A program made the position numbers and the translations under genes. From Schmidtea polychroa (Eukaryota): a stretch of DNA of 64,000 bases. Location of the stretch: NCBI GenBank assembly GCA_044892525.1, contig CM097885.1, forward strand, positions 310,001-374,000, read 5' to 3'. Below, piece after piece: positions 62,901 to 64,000 of the stretch (positions are counted from its first letter, which is position 1; every line of letters begins with the position of its first letter). The notes beneath the pieces were generated by a model. That model worked only from the letters and a program-made list of their open reading frames with translations, was not told where the DNA came from and did not search any database.

Positions 62901-64000
62901 CCGCACGAAGTATCATCCTGGAGACCACTTGCAATACAGGACTCAGCCTATCGCACCTTTGCCTCTATCATGAATGATAGACTTCTCTCATGGATTCAGA
63001 TAGGACACTTGCTGAGCACTAACCAGAAAGCGGTGGGTACTCCGGATGGATGCGCTGAACATAACACAGTTATCAGTCTCGCCAAGGAATGTGCAGTGAG
63101 AAATGGGAAGGATATTAATATCATCTGGCTGGACCTTGCAGATGCCTTTGGTAGCCTTCCGCATGACCTTATTTGGCATACCCTGTCGAGACTGAAACTG
63201 AAGGCAAAAACAATCAACCTTATTAAAGAAATGTATACTGACTGCTACTCAATATACGAATGCGAGGACCGACGATCAAGGGAGATACGGATAAACAATG
63301 TAGTCAAGCAAGGCTGCCCAATGTCTATGACTTTGTTCAGCCTCTCCATTGATTATATCCTCCAGAAAATCCTCAATCAACACCCACTTATTATAGATGG
63401 ACACAATATAAGCATAATGGCATATGCAGATGACATTGTCATGATCTCCAACACACGGCAAGAAATAGGCAACATGTTACGAACTATAGTAGAACTCGCT
63501 GACATATCACACCTTAAATTCAGACCCTCTAAGTGCGGCTACTTCCAATTACAACGAAACCACAAAGAGATACCCCTAACTATATACAATGAAAAAATAC
63601 CCATCATTGATCATGACAACATATATAAATACCTAGGAGTTGACTTCGGCCAGAAAGGCAAACATGACATTGACAACACACTCATAAAAGCGATTGATGA
63701 CACAACAAAAATAATAACCTCTGACCTACACCCAGCACAAAAACTTCAAGCATACAAGACCTTCATACACTCTAGACTAATATTTCCCTTCAGAAATTGC
63801 ACAATTAACAACATGATTCTTGACAGCAATAGAAACAAAGTAGTACAAAATAGGCCCAAACAATTAGGTTATGACCAAAAAATAAAGAGAATATTAAAAG
63901 ACACACTAGATGATATACACCAGAACATTAATAACAACTTCTTTTATGCACATTGTAAACTAGGAGGTCTTGGCATAGTGCCAAGTATAGATGAATACAT
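59940..64000 (+). mobile_element. NeSL/R5-like non-LTR retrotransposon, copy 3 (third family), running off the window
   Basis: A/C-rich coding strand; ORF1 pieces 60110-61288 and 61285-61761 with zinc fingers, then TGA at 61785-61787 and ORF2. 5' boundary approximate. Confidence 0.88.
61788..64000 (+). CDS. ORF2: Ulp1-like domain and reverse transcriptase, apparently open to the window end
   Basis: SAPGSDKI, SSWRPLAI, IWLDLADAFGSLPH, VKQGCPMS, MAYADD, YKYLG, GGLGI. The first and last codons are in the same frame and the ORF track lists no terminated plus-strand ORF here. Confidence 0.88.

Overview
Very AT-rich eukaryotic (animal-like) DNA made almost entirely of nested mobile elements; I found no recognisable host gene, rRNA, tRNA or CRISPR array. 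The ~40-47 nt introns, (AAT)n tracts and NeSL/R5-type retroelements suggest a planarian-like host, but that is inference. The centrepiece is a full-length 15,219-bp Polinton/Maverick (adintovirus-like) element at 37406-52624. It has AGTAG...CTACT termini, long TIRs and a 6-bp AATATT target-site duplication that is confirmed by an empty paralogous site at 15761-15766. It encodes pPolB, adenain protease, major and minor capsid proteins, two core-like proteins, a chromodomain integrase and a packaging ATPase. It also encodes a TATA-binding-protein (TBP) homologue, a possible ssDNA-binding protein, a possibly myristoylated overprinted ORF and two spliced orphan ORFs. The element looks intron-rich: three tiny upstream exons splice in frame onto pPolB, and a second, divergent Polinton family in the window shows the same layout. 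Around it lie decayed arms of other Polintons, an inverted segmental duplication, an R2-like RT fragment, a MULE end and four NeSL/R5-like non-LTR retrotransposon copies. All four carry an in-frame TGA at the same aligned codon (TGA-CTA in three), just before an apparently inactive Ulp1-like protease domain, which suggests programmed stop-codon readthrough. All family calls come from reading motifs by eye; no database searches were run.
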